Positions 50,788 through 60,638 of a stretch of 64,000 nucleotides of DNA are shown here, piece after piece. The position numbers were made by a program, and so were the translations under genes. The notes beneath the pieces were generated by a model. That model was not told the origin of the DNA and did no database searches. It saw only the letters and a list, made by a program, of their open reading frames with translations. This DNA comes from an uncultured Solirubrobacterales bacterium (GTDB taxonomy: Bacteria > Actinomycetota > Thermoleophilia > Solirubrobacterales > Solirubrobacteraceae), in NCBI GenBank assembly GCA_963771915.1, contig CAVYVD010000002.1, forward strand, positions 506,511 through 570,510, read 5' to 3'. Every line of letters starts with the position of its first letter. Within the stretch, counting starts at the first letter, position 1.

Positions 50788-50973
50788 GCATCCATCTTCT
50801 CAAGCCGCCACCCGCCTCGCGTGGGGCGGTGGGCGGAGCGTTTGAGCTCTCATCGAGCGGCCTGGAGGGAACAGCTGGCTATCGATGACCGCCACATGGG
50901 GGTGCGACGAGCGCCGCGGAGTGGCCGGTGACACCGGCCACTCCGCGGTATGGGACTCGATTTGCTCCCGCTC

Positions 50974-52593
50974 TCAGCGGGTCATGCGGCGATGCACAGC
51001 GGTTACTTCCGATTCCTGCGCTCCTTCGCCTTCCCTACCCTTGCCCCCTTTGGTCCCTTCTTCGGTCTTGCCTTCCTTGGCTTTTTCTTTGGCCTTTTCT
51101 TCCTTTGTCTTTTCTTCCTTGGCCTTTTCTTCTTTGGTCTTGCCTTCTTTGGCCGCGCCTTCTTTGGTCTTGCCTGCTTTCGGCCGCTTGGTTTCCGTTG
51201 GCGCTTCCCTTTCGGCCGGGCCTGCCTCGGTTTCCAGCCCTTCAGTGGCTGCTTCTTCGCCACCACCATTGAGATCGCCTTCCGATGGAAGCGAGATATT
51301 GCTGGACGCTTCCGGGGTCAACCCCGCGGCGGCCACCGGTGTGACTTCGATCGTGAACGGCGCACTCGCGCCGGCCCCGTTGAGGGGGCCGCCGGGCACG
51401 TAGATCCGCACGTTCTTGCTCCCCGCGTCGTAGAAGCGGTGTTCGATCGTGTAGGTCGAGCCTGCACCGATGAGTCCCACCTGGATGACGTGGTAGCCGA
51501 TCCCTTTGGCGTCCCTGCGCTCGAGATACACGACATCGCCGGCGTGATTGGGCGCGACCGCACCGGAGAACACCACGGACTGGCCCGCGGGGACGGTGGT
51601 TCGCGAGACCGAGGCGGTCAGCAGGACCTTGACGCCCTCGTACAGCACCGCCGAGCGCCTGCCCATGCCCTCGACCCTGTAGAACGTGCTGTAGGTGGGG
51701 GCCTGGGTGGGGAAGGTGTAGTTGCCTTCGCTGTCGGTGCTCACCTGGGCGACGACCGCGAAGGACTGCCCAGCGGTGCGCGCGTACAGCGTGACGGGCT
51801 GGTCGGCCCCACCCACGAGGGTGCCGCTGATCGTCGCGGCCTGCCCGAACGTGATCGGGTCGGCCGAGGCGGCGATCGTCAGTTTGGGATTCTGAGCCTG
51901 CGAGATCTCATAGGTGAGGATGTTGGAGCGGCTGGGGATGTTCCTGCCCTGACTGCGCACGAGCACCCTGATGTTCGCGTCCCCCGGGTACCTGAAGACG
52001 TGCGTGATCGAGAAGGTGCCGTTGGTCTCGACGACGCCGCGCTGGATGCTGTGCCATTCGTCGCCGGTCGCGGCGTTCTGGCGCTGCAGAACCACGAGCG
52101 CTTCGTCGTCGGCGGGCGTGACGGTGCCCGTGAACGTCACGGCGTTCGCGCGACCGGTGTAAAGCTGGGTCCCTTCGGGCGGGCCGTTGAGGATTACGTC
52201 GGCTTCGACCCTGACGGCCTTGGCCGCGCTCTGGGCTCCATGGGAGCGTACGACGAAGGCCCGATTGGTTTCCACGGGGCTGTCGGCGTTTTCGATCTCG
52301 TAGAAGCCGTTGACGTTGGTGGTGGTGCTCTGCACGTAGCTGAAGCCGGGCGCTCCTCGGAGGTGGTGGAAGAGCCGCACGACGCGGTCCGCCGCCGCCC
52401 CGGGGCGCTGACAGGCGAGCTGCCCCCAGATCACGATCGGGTCGCCCGCGGTGATCACCCTCGGGGCGACGTTGATGTCGATACGGCAACGACCGTTGGG
52501 ACTCGGATGCTTGAAGGCCGAGGCCCCTGGCGGCGCCAGCGCGATTGGTGCGATCACGGCAGCCAGAGCTAGGATCAATCTACGAAGACGCAT
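50974..52593 (-). CDS. Secreted protein with repeated Ig-like beta domains and a Glu/Lys-rich tail
   Basis: Signal peptide MRLRRLILALAAVIAPIALAPPGASA; ~4 beta-rich repeats; KTKEEKAKEE tail. Confidence 0.85.
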   Translation of the reverse strand: MRLRRLILALAAVIAPIALAPPGASAFKHPSPNGRCRIDINVAPRVITAGDPIVIWGQLACQRPGAAADRVVRLFHHLRGAPGFSYVQSTTTNVNGFYEIENADSPVETNRAFVVRSHGAQSAAKAVRVEADVILNGPPEGTQLYTGRANAVTFTGTVTPADDEALVVLQRQNAATGDEWHSIQRGVVETNGTFSITHVFRYPGDANIRVLVRSQGRNIPSRSNILTYEISQAQNPKLTIAASADPITFGQAATISGTLVGGADQPVTLYARTAGQSFAVVAQVSTDSEGNYTFPTQAPTYSTFYRVEGMGRRSAVLYEGVKVLLTASVSRTTVPAGQSVVFSGAVAPNHAGDVVYLERRDAKGIGYHVIQVGLIGAGSTYTIEHRFYDAGSKNVRIYVPGGPLNGAGASAPFTIEVTPVAAAGLTPEASSNISLPSEGDLNGGGEEAATEGLETEAGPAEREAPTETKRPKAGKTKEGAAKEGKTKEEKAKEEKTKEEKAKEKAKEGKTEEGTKGGKGREGEGAQESEVTAVHRRMTR

Positions 52594-52701
52594 TGCGCGA
52601 TCCTCCCTTGAGTTGAGTGGGACTTCTAGAACGAAGACCACTCGGGACGCCTGGAGGTTGGAAGGTTGCGAGGGGCGCCGGCGCTCGTGCTTGGGGGACC
52701 G

Positions 52702-54888
52702 CTAACCGGTCGCTTCCGCTTCGACGGGCGAACTCGGGGGCGGTGCTTTCCGTTTTACTTTGCCCGACCCGCTTGTGCTCGTCGTTGTTGTGGAGCTCGT
52801 GCTTGTGGTGGTGTTCGTGCCCGATGTGCTCCCCGTGCCTGTGGTGCTGCCCTCGCCACCCGTGCCCGTGGTGCCACCTGTGCTGGGCTTGCTCGTGGCA
52901 CCGCCCGTGCTGGGCGTGCTGCCTGTGGCCGTCGTGGTCGTGGGTTTCCTGCCCGTCGAGGTCGCGGGTGTCGGCGAGGCTTTCGCCCGTGCCGCGGCTT
53001 CGCTTGCTTCGCGTTTGCGTTTTGCTTCCAGTTCGCGGAGTTCCCTCGCTTCTCTGCGTTCCCGTTCCCTCGCTTCTCTGCGTTCCCGTTCCTTGGCTTC
53101 CCGGCGTTCCCGCGCCTTCGCCAGCTGTTCTTCGTGGCGCCGTTGCTTGCTTTCGCGTGCTTCACGCGCGCGCTGGAGGCGCTCGCGACGGCGTTCCGCG
53201 GCCGCTAGACGCCTGCGTTCCGAGAGATCGCGTAGGCGTTCTCTGCGCAGGCGTTGTCTGATCAGAGCTCTGCTGCGTTCGGGAACGGACGCACCGCCGC
53301 CGCTCGAAGCGTGTTTGCCCGCACCCGCGGCGCTCTCGTTGTTTGCGGTCGCGGTGCCCGAGCCCGCCTGGCCACCGGTCGGTTCAGCCCCGATCGTCTG
53401 GCCACTCGATTCGAGTGTCCGTCCAGCGACCGCAACCGCGCTCAGCGGAACGGTCATAGCCGGCGCGACCGACTGCCCCTGCGGCGCTTCCGCCGAGCTC
53501 GGGGTGACGCCCGCGGCACCGGTCGCAGGGAGGAGCTGTGGCTGCGCACTGTTACTGCTCAGTCCTGTCGGTTGCGCCCGCGCCACCGCAGTGTTCCCCT
53601 GCGCTCCGATCGCGCCCTCCCGCAGAGAAGCGCCGGTGCGCGGCGGCTGCCTGGCCGCAGAGAGCACCATGGATGGGGCGCGGCGTCCGCGACCCCTCCC
53701 AGCGAGGTGACCGTGGGCCACCACGGCGCCTGCGCCTGCGAGCGCGATCGCTCCGGTGACCGCCGCCTTGACGAGAACGCCGCCGACCACTCCGCTCGTG
53801 CCCGCCCCGGCCGCGCTCGCGCTCACAGCCCCCGCGGCCCCACTCGTGGCAGCGCTCACGCCGGTGGCCGTGCCGGCGCCCACGCCGGTGGCCGCCGCGC
53901 TCGTAGCGGCTGCCCCGCCACCAGCCGCCGCACCGGCCGCTCCACCAGTGCTCGCCACCCCGCCGGTCGCCGCGCTTGCCGCCCCACCCCCCGCCGCCGC
54001 TCCACCACCGGCCGCTCCACCGCCCGTCACTGCTCCACCACCGGCCGCTCCGCCCGCCGTTCCACCGCCAGTCGCGGCTGCGCCGCCCATACCGGCGCTC
54101 ATCAGCGCCCCCGCGCCGAGGAGCTTGGCGGCGAGGGCGGCGCTTGGCAGGACGGGCAGGATGAGGGCGAGCGACTGGCTCTGCGCGCTCACCGCCGTGT
54201 GGAAGTCGCGGCAGCCAGAGCAGAGGCGTAGATGGCGGCGGAGCCTGCCCCGGCGCAGTTCGCCGCCGCGGGCGACGGAGAGCTCTTCCCTGATCTCCCC
54301 GCAGGGGGTGTTGCGCGCGTCGCGCTCGGCGATCAGGGAGCTGCGCGCCTGGTAGACGAGCGCCTTCACCTTGCCCACGGGGCACCCCACGATCGTCGCG
54401 ATCTGCTCGTGGCTGAGATCCTCGAGCTCTGAGAGCAGGAGCGCGCTGCGCTGATCCTCGGGCAGCCTGCCGAGATCGGCGACGAGCTCGCGCAGGTCCT
54501 CGCGCTCGCGAACCTCCTCGGAGAGCCCGGCGAGCATGGGCTCGTGATCCTCGATGGCGACCGTGGGGCACCTCGCGGAGATCGCCGAGAGGCAGCAGTT
54601 GCGGGCGATGGCATACAGCCAGGCGCGCATCTCGCGCGGGGGCGGGTTCTTGAGCAGCGCCCTGTGAGCCTTGATGAAGCACTGCTGGAGCGCATCCTCG
54701 GAGTCCTCCCGATCGCCGAGCATGTGCCGGCAGTAGGAGAGCAACGGCGCGTGGTGGCGCTTGAAGATCGCTTCAAAGGCGCCCTCGTCGCCGGCCCGCA
54801 GGCGCTCGATGAGCCTGGCGTCGGTCCTCGCCGAAGACGACGCGCGCGTACCGACGGGCCGTGGAGGGGCTTGGGTGGTGGCGGGCAT
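52702..54888 (-). CDS. ECF sigma factor fused to a ZAS-type zinc motif, Gly/Ala linker, TM helix and extracytoplasmic tail
   Basis: AFEAIFKRH, DSEDALQ, WLYAIARN, LPEDQRSALLL; HLRLCSGC (HxxxCxxC). Confidence 0.9.
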   Translation of the reverse strand: MPATTQAPPRPVGTRASSSARTDARLIERLRAGDEGAFEAIFKRHHAPLLSYCRHMLGDREDSEDALQQCFIKAHRALLKNPPPREMRAWLYAIARNCCLSAISARCPTVAIEDHEPMLAGLSEEVREREDLRELVADLGRLPEDQRSALLLSELEDLSHEQIATIVGCPVGKVKALVYQARSSLIAERDARNTPCGEIREELSVARGGELRRGRLRRHLRLCSGCRDFHTAVSAQSQSLALILPVLPSAALAAKLLGAGALMSAGMGGAAATGGGTAGGAAGGGAVTGGGAAGGGAAAGGGAASAATGGVASTGGAAGAAAGGGAAATSAAATGVGAGTATGVSAATSGAAGAVSASAAGAGTSGVVGGVLVKAAVTGAIALAGAGAVVAHGHLAGRGRGRRAPSMVLSAARQPPRTGASLREGAIGAQGNTAVARAQPTGLSSNSAQPQLLPATGAAGVTPSSAEAPQGQSVAPAMTVPLSAVAVAGRTLESSGQTIGAEPTGGQAGSGTATANNESAAGAGKHASSGGGASVPERSRALIRQRLRRERLRDLSERRRLAAAERRRERLQRAREARESKQRRHEEQLAKARERREAKERERREARERERREARELRELEAKRKREASEAAARAKASPTPATSTGRKPTTTTATGSTPSTGGATSKPSTGGTTGTGGEGSTTGTGSTSGTNTTTSTSSTTTTSTSGSGKVKRKAPPPSSPVEAEATG

Positions 54889-54954
54889 GGGTTGGTGGGC
54901 ACTCCCAGGCAGCCGCGCGAGCGGCGTGCAGGCCTCATATGTGCCTAGACCCAA

Positions 54955-55500
54955 TTAACCGCCGAGAGGTTGGTGAGTTGCGCCAAGCGTCCCGTCGGGC
55001 AGCAGCCAGCGGTGCTCGAGTGCGCTGACGCCGGCGATGCGCTCGTAGTCGTGGTCGTAGTGAACAAGCGGGACCTCCGCGGCCTCTGCGGCGGAGCCGA
55101 TCAGCAGATCAACGGGGGGTACACGGCGATGCTCGCTCCTGGCGGCGAGCGAGATCTGCAACTGGCGTGCGCGGCCCCACAGGGCTGCCGGCATGGGCAC
55201 CGACTCGAACGCATCGAGCCGGTCGGCCACCTCGCGGGCGCGGGCCTCGTTGGGAGCCAAGCGGGTGAGCTCCAGGATCACGAGGTCACACACGAGCACA
55301 CGACCGGCCGCCACCTGGGCATTGAACCAGGATGCAAGTTGTGGGAAGCGTCTGTCCCGCGCCCATGTCCACACGCCGGTGTCCAGCAGCGCTGGAGCAT
55401 CGAGCGAAAGAGGCTCGACCTCAGCCTCCGGCTTCAGAGTGCCTCTCCCGTCGGTTTGCCTCGACCTCGGCAGGCGTGCCATCGACGTCGCGGACGACAT
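54955..55500 (-). CDS. vapC: VapC PIN-domain toxin (start uncertain)
   Basis: LLDTGVW, VILEL, VDLLIGSAAE, LVHYDHDY. Confidence 0.9.
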   Translation of the reverse strand: MSSATSMARLPRSRQTDGRGTLKPEAEVEPLSLDAPALLDTGVWTWARDRRFPQLASWFNAQVAAGRVLVCDLVILELTRLAPNEARAREVADRLDAFESVPMPAALWGRARQLQISLAARSEHRRVPPVDLLIGSAAEAAEVPLVHYDHDYERIAGVSALEHRWLLPDGTLGATHQPLGG

Positions 55501-55645
55501 CGAAGCCGGCCAGCGCGCGACGCCTCGCGACCTCGCGCAGCGCGGCGTTCACCGTTGTGCTCAGACCCTTCGTGCCCAACTCGCTTTGAGCTGCATCAAG
55601 CGCTCGCTGATCGATGTCAACCGTGGTGCGTGTCATGTGCATCAT
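55421..55645 (-). CDS. vapB: VapB antitoxin
   Basis: RTTVDID..L..A...LGT....TVNAALRE ribbon-helix-helix pattern; upstream of vapC. Confidence 0.88.
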   Translation of the reverse strand: MMHMTRTTVDIDQRALDAAQSELGTKGLSTTVNAALREVARRRALAGFDVVRDVDGTPAEVEANRRERHSEAGG

Positions 55646-55910
55646 TGTACTACATCAGGGTAGATGGTGATGCTGACTGCCGCGCACATCGGGGGAAGCC
55701 TCTCCGCCGCGTATCCCCTTGGTCAGCGCGAAGTGCTCCTCGGCACCGGTGTGAGTCCCGGAAGGTCGTGCTCCCGCAGGCCGGCGAACCGCCGATCGTC
55801 CGAGACTACCTCTGCGGCTGACCGGGCTTGTGTTGGCGTGAGGCGGCGTGCCAGAGCCCGATAGGTACGCTCCGCGCCATTCGACGTGTCATACAGGAGA
55901 TGGGTATCAG

Positions 55911-56055
55911 TGTCTCAGTTTGGGGCCCAACCCACGAACTGGACCTGTGGGCGGCGCCCAAATGATCGCGATGAGAGATCCAGTAGCTGGTGGGGGCGCG
56001 CAAACGTCTTATGTGCGCCTGCCGGGTCCGTGCGGTTCCGGCCCAAATTGAGACA
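55911..56055. mobile_element. 145-bp MITE-like element with TGT...ACA ends
   Basis: Left tgtctcagtttggggcccaacc; right reverse complement tgtctcaatttgggccggaacc. Confidence 0.6.
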
Positions 56056-56198
56056 CCAAGGAGATGCATGAGAACCTACGTCTCGTCCCACGAGATCAGC
56101 GGGCCGAGGTCCCCATCGTTGTGCCGGGCCGGAGTCGATCGGACACTCACAGGAAGCCTCGCCGGCGCGGGACAAGGATTCCGACACCGACACGCGGG

Positions 56199-56531
56199 TT
56201 ATGGTGCGTGCACCACGACTGACGGGGCGCTGTCCGCTTGGGCCGTCGGGATCAGGTGGAACTGCAAGACGTAGCCGAGGCTCTCTGCGTAACGATCGAC
56301 GGTCGATATCTTCGCGTCGGCCGCGGTAGTCTCCAAGCGCGCGACGAAGGACTGCGAGGTCTCCATCGCGGCGGCGACAGCGGTCTGCGAGCGCCGCTGC
56401 TCCTCGCGCTGGGCGGCCAGGGCACGCAGCAGCTCGCGGCGCCGGCGAGCCGCGTCCAGCAACCGCGGGAACTCGGGGTTGCGCGCCGTGCGCTTGCCGA
56501 TCATCTTGTCCAGGAAATCGCGCTCGGACAT
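56199..56531 (-). CDS. XRE-family HTH antitoxin (HigA-like)
   Basis: RSQTAVAAAMETSQSFVARLE. Confidence 0.85.
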   Translation of the reverse strand: MSERDFLDKMIGKRTARNPEFPRLLDAARRRRELLRALAAQREEQRRSQTAVAAAMETSQSFVARLETTAADAKISTVDRYAESLGYVLQFHLIPTAQADSAPSVVVHAP

Positions 56532-56745
56532 GAGCTTTGCCTGCTTTCTGAGTGGCATCGGTAGACGACCCGATCGCCGTCGACCCTGACCTCCCAGATT
56601 GCCCCGTCGAGACGACGGGCAGCCCGCAGACCTCGATCACGCACCTCCTCCATGCCGGCGAGCACAGCCGTCGCATCGGAGTCGGAGAGCTCGTCAATGA
56701 ACTCCTCGACCAGGCTGCGACCCGATGAGGTCCGGCCCAGGCTTT
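56532..56745 (-). pseudogene. Truncated RelE/HigB (Gp49-like) toxin
   Basis: TSSGRSLVEEFIDEL...LDGAIWEVRVDGDRVVYR, then breaks off; no clear start codon. Confidence 0.75.
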
Positions 56746-57015
56746 CACGGCTCGTCCGAAGGGGGCACCCGCGAAGGGTGATCGAGATGCTTGCTTTGGC
56801 CCAGGAGCAGTAGCAGACGATCGGCGATGCGCAGGGTTCCGGCCTGAACAGCAGGAGCGTGAACGGCGTTCGACGGCGCGCTCGCTGGGGCTCTGAAGTG
56901 GGAGTCTGCGAGACTGATGTGTCGCCGTCCAGCAGGAGAACGCACGAAACGGCCTCCACGAAACCCGGTTCGGCCCAAAGTGGGGGTCACGCCAAGATTG
57001 ATCGTGCTCGGGAGA

Positions 57016-58341
57016 ATGGACGGGGCATCCTCTACGATCCCTTCGGTGGCCAGTCTTTCTGTAATCGACGCGCTGTCCGGTCCCGCAGGTTTCGTGAGCG
57101 ACCGCGACACACTCCTGCGGTCGCTGATGGACCAGCGGCGTGCGCTTGCGGAATCGATCGTGCTCACGCCGGTAGACAGTCTCCCGTTCAGTCTCGCCGA
57201 TCGAGAGCACACCGCGTTCCTTCATGGCCTATACCTGACCGACAAGGACCGCGATCGGGAGACCCGCAAGAGCGCCCTCATCCTGTTCGGTGGTCGAGAA
57301 CAGGCGGTTAGAGACCTTGCATACGTACACCGCCTGCTGGCCGACGCGTTCGGTGCCGCCGAGGGCTCGCTGCGTCTGCTGTCTGGTCTCCATGCCCACA
57401 TGGCGACGTTCATGAGCATCAGCACGATCGGACAGAAGGTCATGTTGCTCTCCGAGGAAGCCGGAGGTCATTTCAACAGCCACGCGATCCTGCATCGTCT
57501 CGGTCTCCGCACCATCGACCTGCCGATCGATCACCGGCGCTTGTGCATCGACCAGTCCGCGACGCTCAGGCTGGTAAGCAGCGAGCAGCCCGACTTCATT
57601 TTTATCGACCGCAGCGAGGGTCTTCGGTATGAGGACTTCTCGTTTCTGGGGAGTCTTGAAGGTCCCACGAAGATTTTCGACGCTTCGCATTATGTTCCTC
57701 AGATCCTCACCAGCCGTTACCCCAACCCGCTGGCATGGGGGTTCGACCTTATGCTTTTCTCGCTCCACAAGAGCTTTCCAGGGCCGCAGAAGGCCGGGAT
57801 CGTGAGTCGTCAGAACGGTGACCTCTGGGCCGAACTCGTTGCTGGCCTCTCAACGTTGGTATCGAGTTCGCACGCGGAGGACAGTTATCTCGTCGGGTTG
57901 ACGCTGCTGCGAGAGGAATGGCTCGATACATACGTCGAACGACTTCTCACGACTGCGCTTGAGCTGGAGGAACAACTCCTGCGGCGGCGCCTCGACGTAG
58001 TGTCACGAGCCAAGCAGGGATGTTCTGAGTGGCCGGGCACCCATCATGTCTGGATACGCGCACCTGACAGGGATGCCGCGTTCATGCAATACGAGTGCCT
58101 ATCACGCACACACGTTCATACTAATTATCGGAAGCTTCCCTACGGTCTTGGCTATGGGCTTCGGCTCGGGACGACGTTTTCCGCAGTCGCGGGATTGGGT
58201 CTTGTGCACATCGAAGAACTCGCGGACATCATTGAGGCTGCGGTCAGGCATGGCGACGATCAGGCTTTGCGCGACCGCGTCCGTGAGCTTGCCGAGAGCG
58301 CAAGGGCCGACGCCATAGTCCCTCCGGAATACTGGACTTGA
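57016..58341 (+). CDS. Divergent SHMT/threonine-transaldolase-like PLP enzyme
   Basis: SGLHAH, AGGHF, FDASH, SLHKSFPGPQKA, SSSH, HHVW, GLRLGT; lower GC than core. Confidence 0.8.
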   Translation: MDGASSTIPSVASLSVIDALSGPAGFVSDRDTLLRSLMDQRRALAESIVLTPVDSLPFSLADREHTAFLHGLYLTDKDRDRETRKSALILFGGREQAVRDLAYVHRLLADAFGAAEGSLRLLSGLHAHMATFMSISTIGQKVMLLSEEAGGHFNSHAILHRLGLRTIDLPIDHRRLCIDQSATLRLVSSEQPDFIFIDRSEGLRYEDFSFLGSLEGPTKIFDASHYVPQILTSRYPNPLAWGFDLMLFSLHKSFPGPQKAGIVSRQNGDLWAELVAGLSTLVSSSHAEDSYLVGLTLLREEWLDTYVERLLTTALELEEQLLRRRLDVVSRAKQGCSEWPGTHHVWIRAPDRDAAFMQYECLSRTHVHTNYRKLPYGLGYGLRLGTTFSAVAGLGLVHIEELADIIEAAVRHGDDQALRDRVRELAESARADAIVPPEYWT

Positions 58342-58461
58342 CCATAGTGAGGTGGCCGCCGCTAGCCAAGTGGCGATCCTGCGCGGCCTCCAGCAATATC
58401 TCCGACGACACGTGGTTCGTCGTCCGGGACCGCCCGCCGCGTTCTTCTACTGGTCGCAGGC

Positions 58462-59427
58462 TTGCTCCTTACGGTGCCGACGCCAATGTTCTATACTTTC
58501 GGCGTGTTTAAGCCATCACAGTCTACTACGAGAGGGTCCGAAAAATCTTGGCTTGCGAGTAAGCTCCGGCGAGGCACTATCCGTCTTTACGTTGTCTTTC
58601 TACTCGTCATTATCCCAGCACTACTGCTACGGCTATTCGGTTTGTTGGACTCGGCCCAAACGCTCAGCGTCGAGGCATTTGTAGTCGCGGTCACTGCGGT
58701 TGTAGCCGCAATGCACCACGCCAACAGGCTCGAGTCGGTGGTAGGTGAGCTTCGAAGTATCGCACTGTCTTTGCCGACTCAGGGGATCGGCGTCTTCCCA
58801 AGCTACATGTCAGAGGTCTCAGAACTCGTCAAAAGGGCCACAAAGAGCGTCACGATCCTCTGCGACACGCCGGCACACGGCGCATTCAGCAACACTGCCG
58901 CCTTTACTGACTACTGGGCCAGTCTCCGTCACATGATGGTTGACGGCAACGTCAAGATTGAGTGTACGTTCTTCGACGCCAATGGCCGTAAGGCGCTACA
59001 CGAAGCACAGATCAAGGCCGATTCCGATAACTGGGAGGCATGGCAGGAGCGCAACAGCAAGAACTGTGAGGCATTTGATAAACTGGCAAAAGGTAAAGTT
59101 AAGCCACCACCGCCGTCGGGCAACGCTCAGTCGCCCGTAGCGACTTGGGCCAACACGGCGGATGCGTATGTGGAGAGCATGATGGCAATCAACGAGGCTG
59201 TGCTGTCTGGTTTTGATGGCAGCGTGAAGGTCTATGAGCTAAAATTCGATGACCCACTGCATGAAGGGCCGAGCGTGTACCTTTGGCTTCGCGATGGCGA
59301 TCAGGAGGCGGTTTTCGTGATGGTTCCCGTCCTGGGAATTGGTGTTCAGAATCTCGCAGGATTCCACACCAGGGAGCCAGAGTTGATCCATGCGTTGAGC
59401 ACAGTCGTCGCTCATCTAAGAAAATGA
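58462..59427 (+). CDS. Hypothetical protein, 2 N-terminal TM helices plus soluble domain
   Basis: LYVVFLLVIIPALLLRLFGLL and AFVVAVTAVVAAM; low GC; start uncertain. Confidence 0.75.
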   Translation: MLLTVPTPMFYTFGVFKPSQSTTRGSEKSWLASKLRRGTIRLYVVFLLVIIPALLLRLFGLLDSAQTLSVEAFVVAVTAVVAAMHHANRLESVVGELRSIALSLPTQGIGVFPSYMSEVSELVKRATKSVTILCDTPAHGAFSNTAAFTDYWASLRHMMVDGNVKIECTFFDANGRKALHEAQIKADSDNWEAWQERNSKNCEAFDKLAKGKVKPPPPSGNAQSPVATWANTADAYVESMMAINEAVLSGFDGSVKVYELKFDDPLHEGPSVYLWLRDGDQEAVFVMVPVLGIGVQNLAGFHTREPELIHALSTVVAHLRK

Positions 59428-59877
59428 GCCAGACCACAGGTGGCAGGTGGCCCCGCCGCGGTAGTGGATCGCGGTGATGGGGCTGTAGACGGGGACCTCG
59501 TCGGATACGTAAAGCCCCGCGCGTTCGCTACTCCCCGCCGCGCCGGAGTACCGGTGTGTCGTTCCCGGCGTGACGATCAGATAGGCGCCGTCGGGTCCGA
59601 CGGATTGACGGCGAGCCGCTGGTCCTTGGGCGATCCCGAACAGCCATCCTCGCGCGCTCCCAGACTCTTCTCGAAACGCGGCAGTCGATTCGAGCGCGGC
59701 GGCAAAGACCTCCGCCGTGAGGTCCGCGGCAATGTCCGCCCGGCCGGTCGCACGCCACAAGAACCCAAGGATCTGCGCCTCAAATCGTTCGTAGAAGACC
59801 CCGAACGCCTCGGGATCGCTCGCGGTGAGCACCAGCAGCTCGGCGTCATCGGCCTGGGAGTAGTCGGGGCGCCTCAT
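59416..59877 (-). pseudogene. ECF sigma factor N-terminal half fused by deletion to a fragment of another gene
   Basis: DAELL..DPEAFGVFYER..AADLTAEVF..GWLFGIA, then an abrupt switch to GPDGAYLIV; no region 4. Confidence 0.75.
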
Positions 59878-60021
59878 CAGGAGGGATTCTCGTGCAGCGA
59901 GATTCTGTGACAACCGCAGACCCCGTGACCCGGTGAACCGAATATGGGCGAACGGGGCGATAGGGAGGTTTCGGAGACGGTCGAGCGGAGAGAATCCGCA
60001 CGGTTGCACGAGATTCAGCGA

Positions 60022-60069
60022 CGCGCCCGGCAAGATTCGAACTTGCGACCTCTCGCTCCGGAGGCGAGC
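60022..60069 (-). repeat. Displaced 3' half of tRNA-Arg(CCG) (att-site remnant)
   Basis: Anticodon arm, variable loop and acceptor 3' strand identical to the 61227..61299 tRNA; different T-stem; no D-arm. Confidence 0.9.
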
Positions 60070-60329
60070 ACGGCAAACCGCGGGATCGCCCGCCAGCATT
60101 GGGGTTTCGCCCGCTCTGGCGCTCAGGATGCGCCCCGGCCGCGTCCAGCGTTTACAGAGGATTCCCGGGGGTTCCGGCCAACCGTTGGCCATTACCCGAG
60201 CGTTGCCCGGACGTGGCAACCGTGGCGGGCGTGGGGCGCCCGTGCGACGGCGTTGCAACGTGGTGGCTACCTGGAGAGCCCGGATGGTCCGCGCGCTGCT
60301 GTGGCCGGCTCCCTCGATAGGGTCGGGCG

Positions 60330-60638
60330 ATGGGCAAGGATCGTCGTTGGGAGCTGGCGCCCGCACCAGACGTGCGGATTGTCGTGACGCGATCCAGTAC
60401 CCATCCCGTCGAGTACGCGATCACGCTCGTCATCCTGCGGTACGGCACATGGCGCACGGTGCGAAGCTTCGACAACGCCCATGACCCGTTGGAGCACCAC
60501 GAGCACCGCTATGTCGGCTCCGAGAAGCAGGACCCGATCGTCACGCACGGCCCGGTGAACGATGCGATGCACGCAGCCGAAATCAAACTGCGGGAGAACT
60601 GGTCCGATATCGTTCGTAGCTGGGAGCGAACCCGATGA
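60330..60638 (+). CDS. Small hypothetical protein with DNAH...HxH motif (toxin-like)
   Basis: WRTVRSFDNAHDPLEHHEHRY. Confidence 0.75.
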   Translation: MGKDRRWELAPAPDVRIVVTRSSTHPVEYAITLVILRYGTWRTVRSFDNAHDPLEHHEHRYVGSEKQDPIVTHGPVNDAMHAAEIKLRENWSDIVRSWERTR

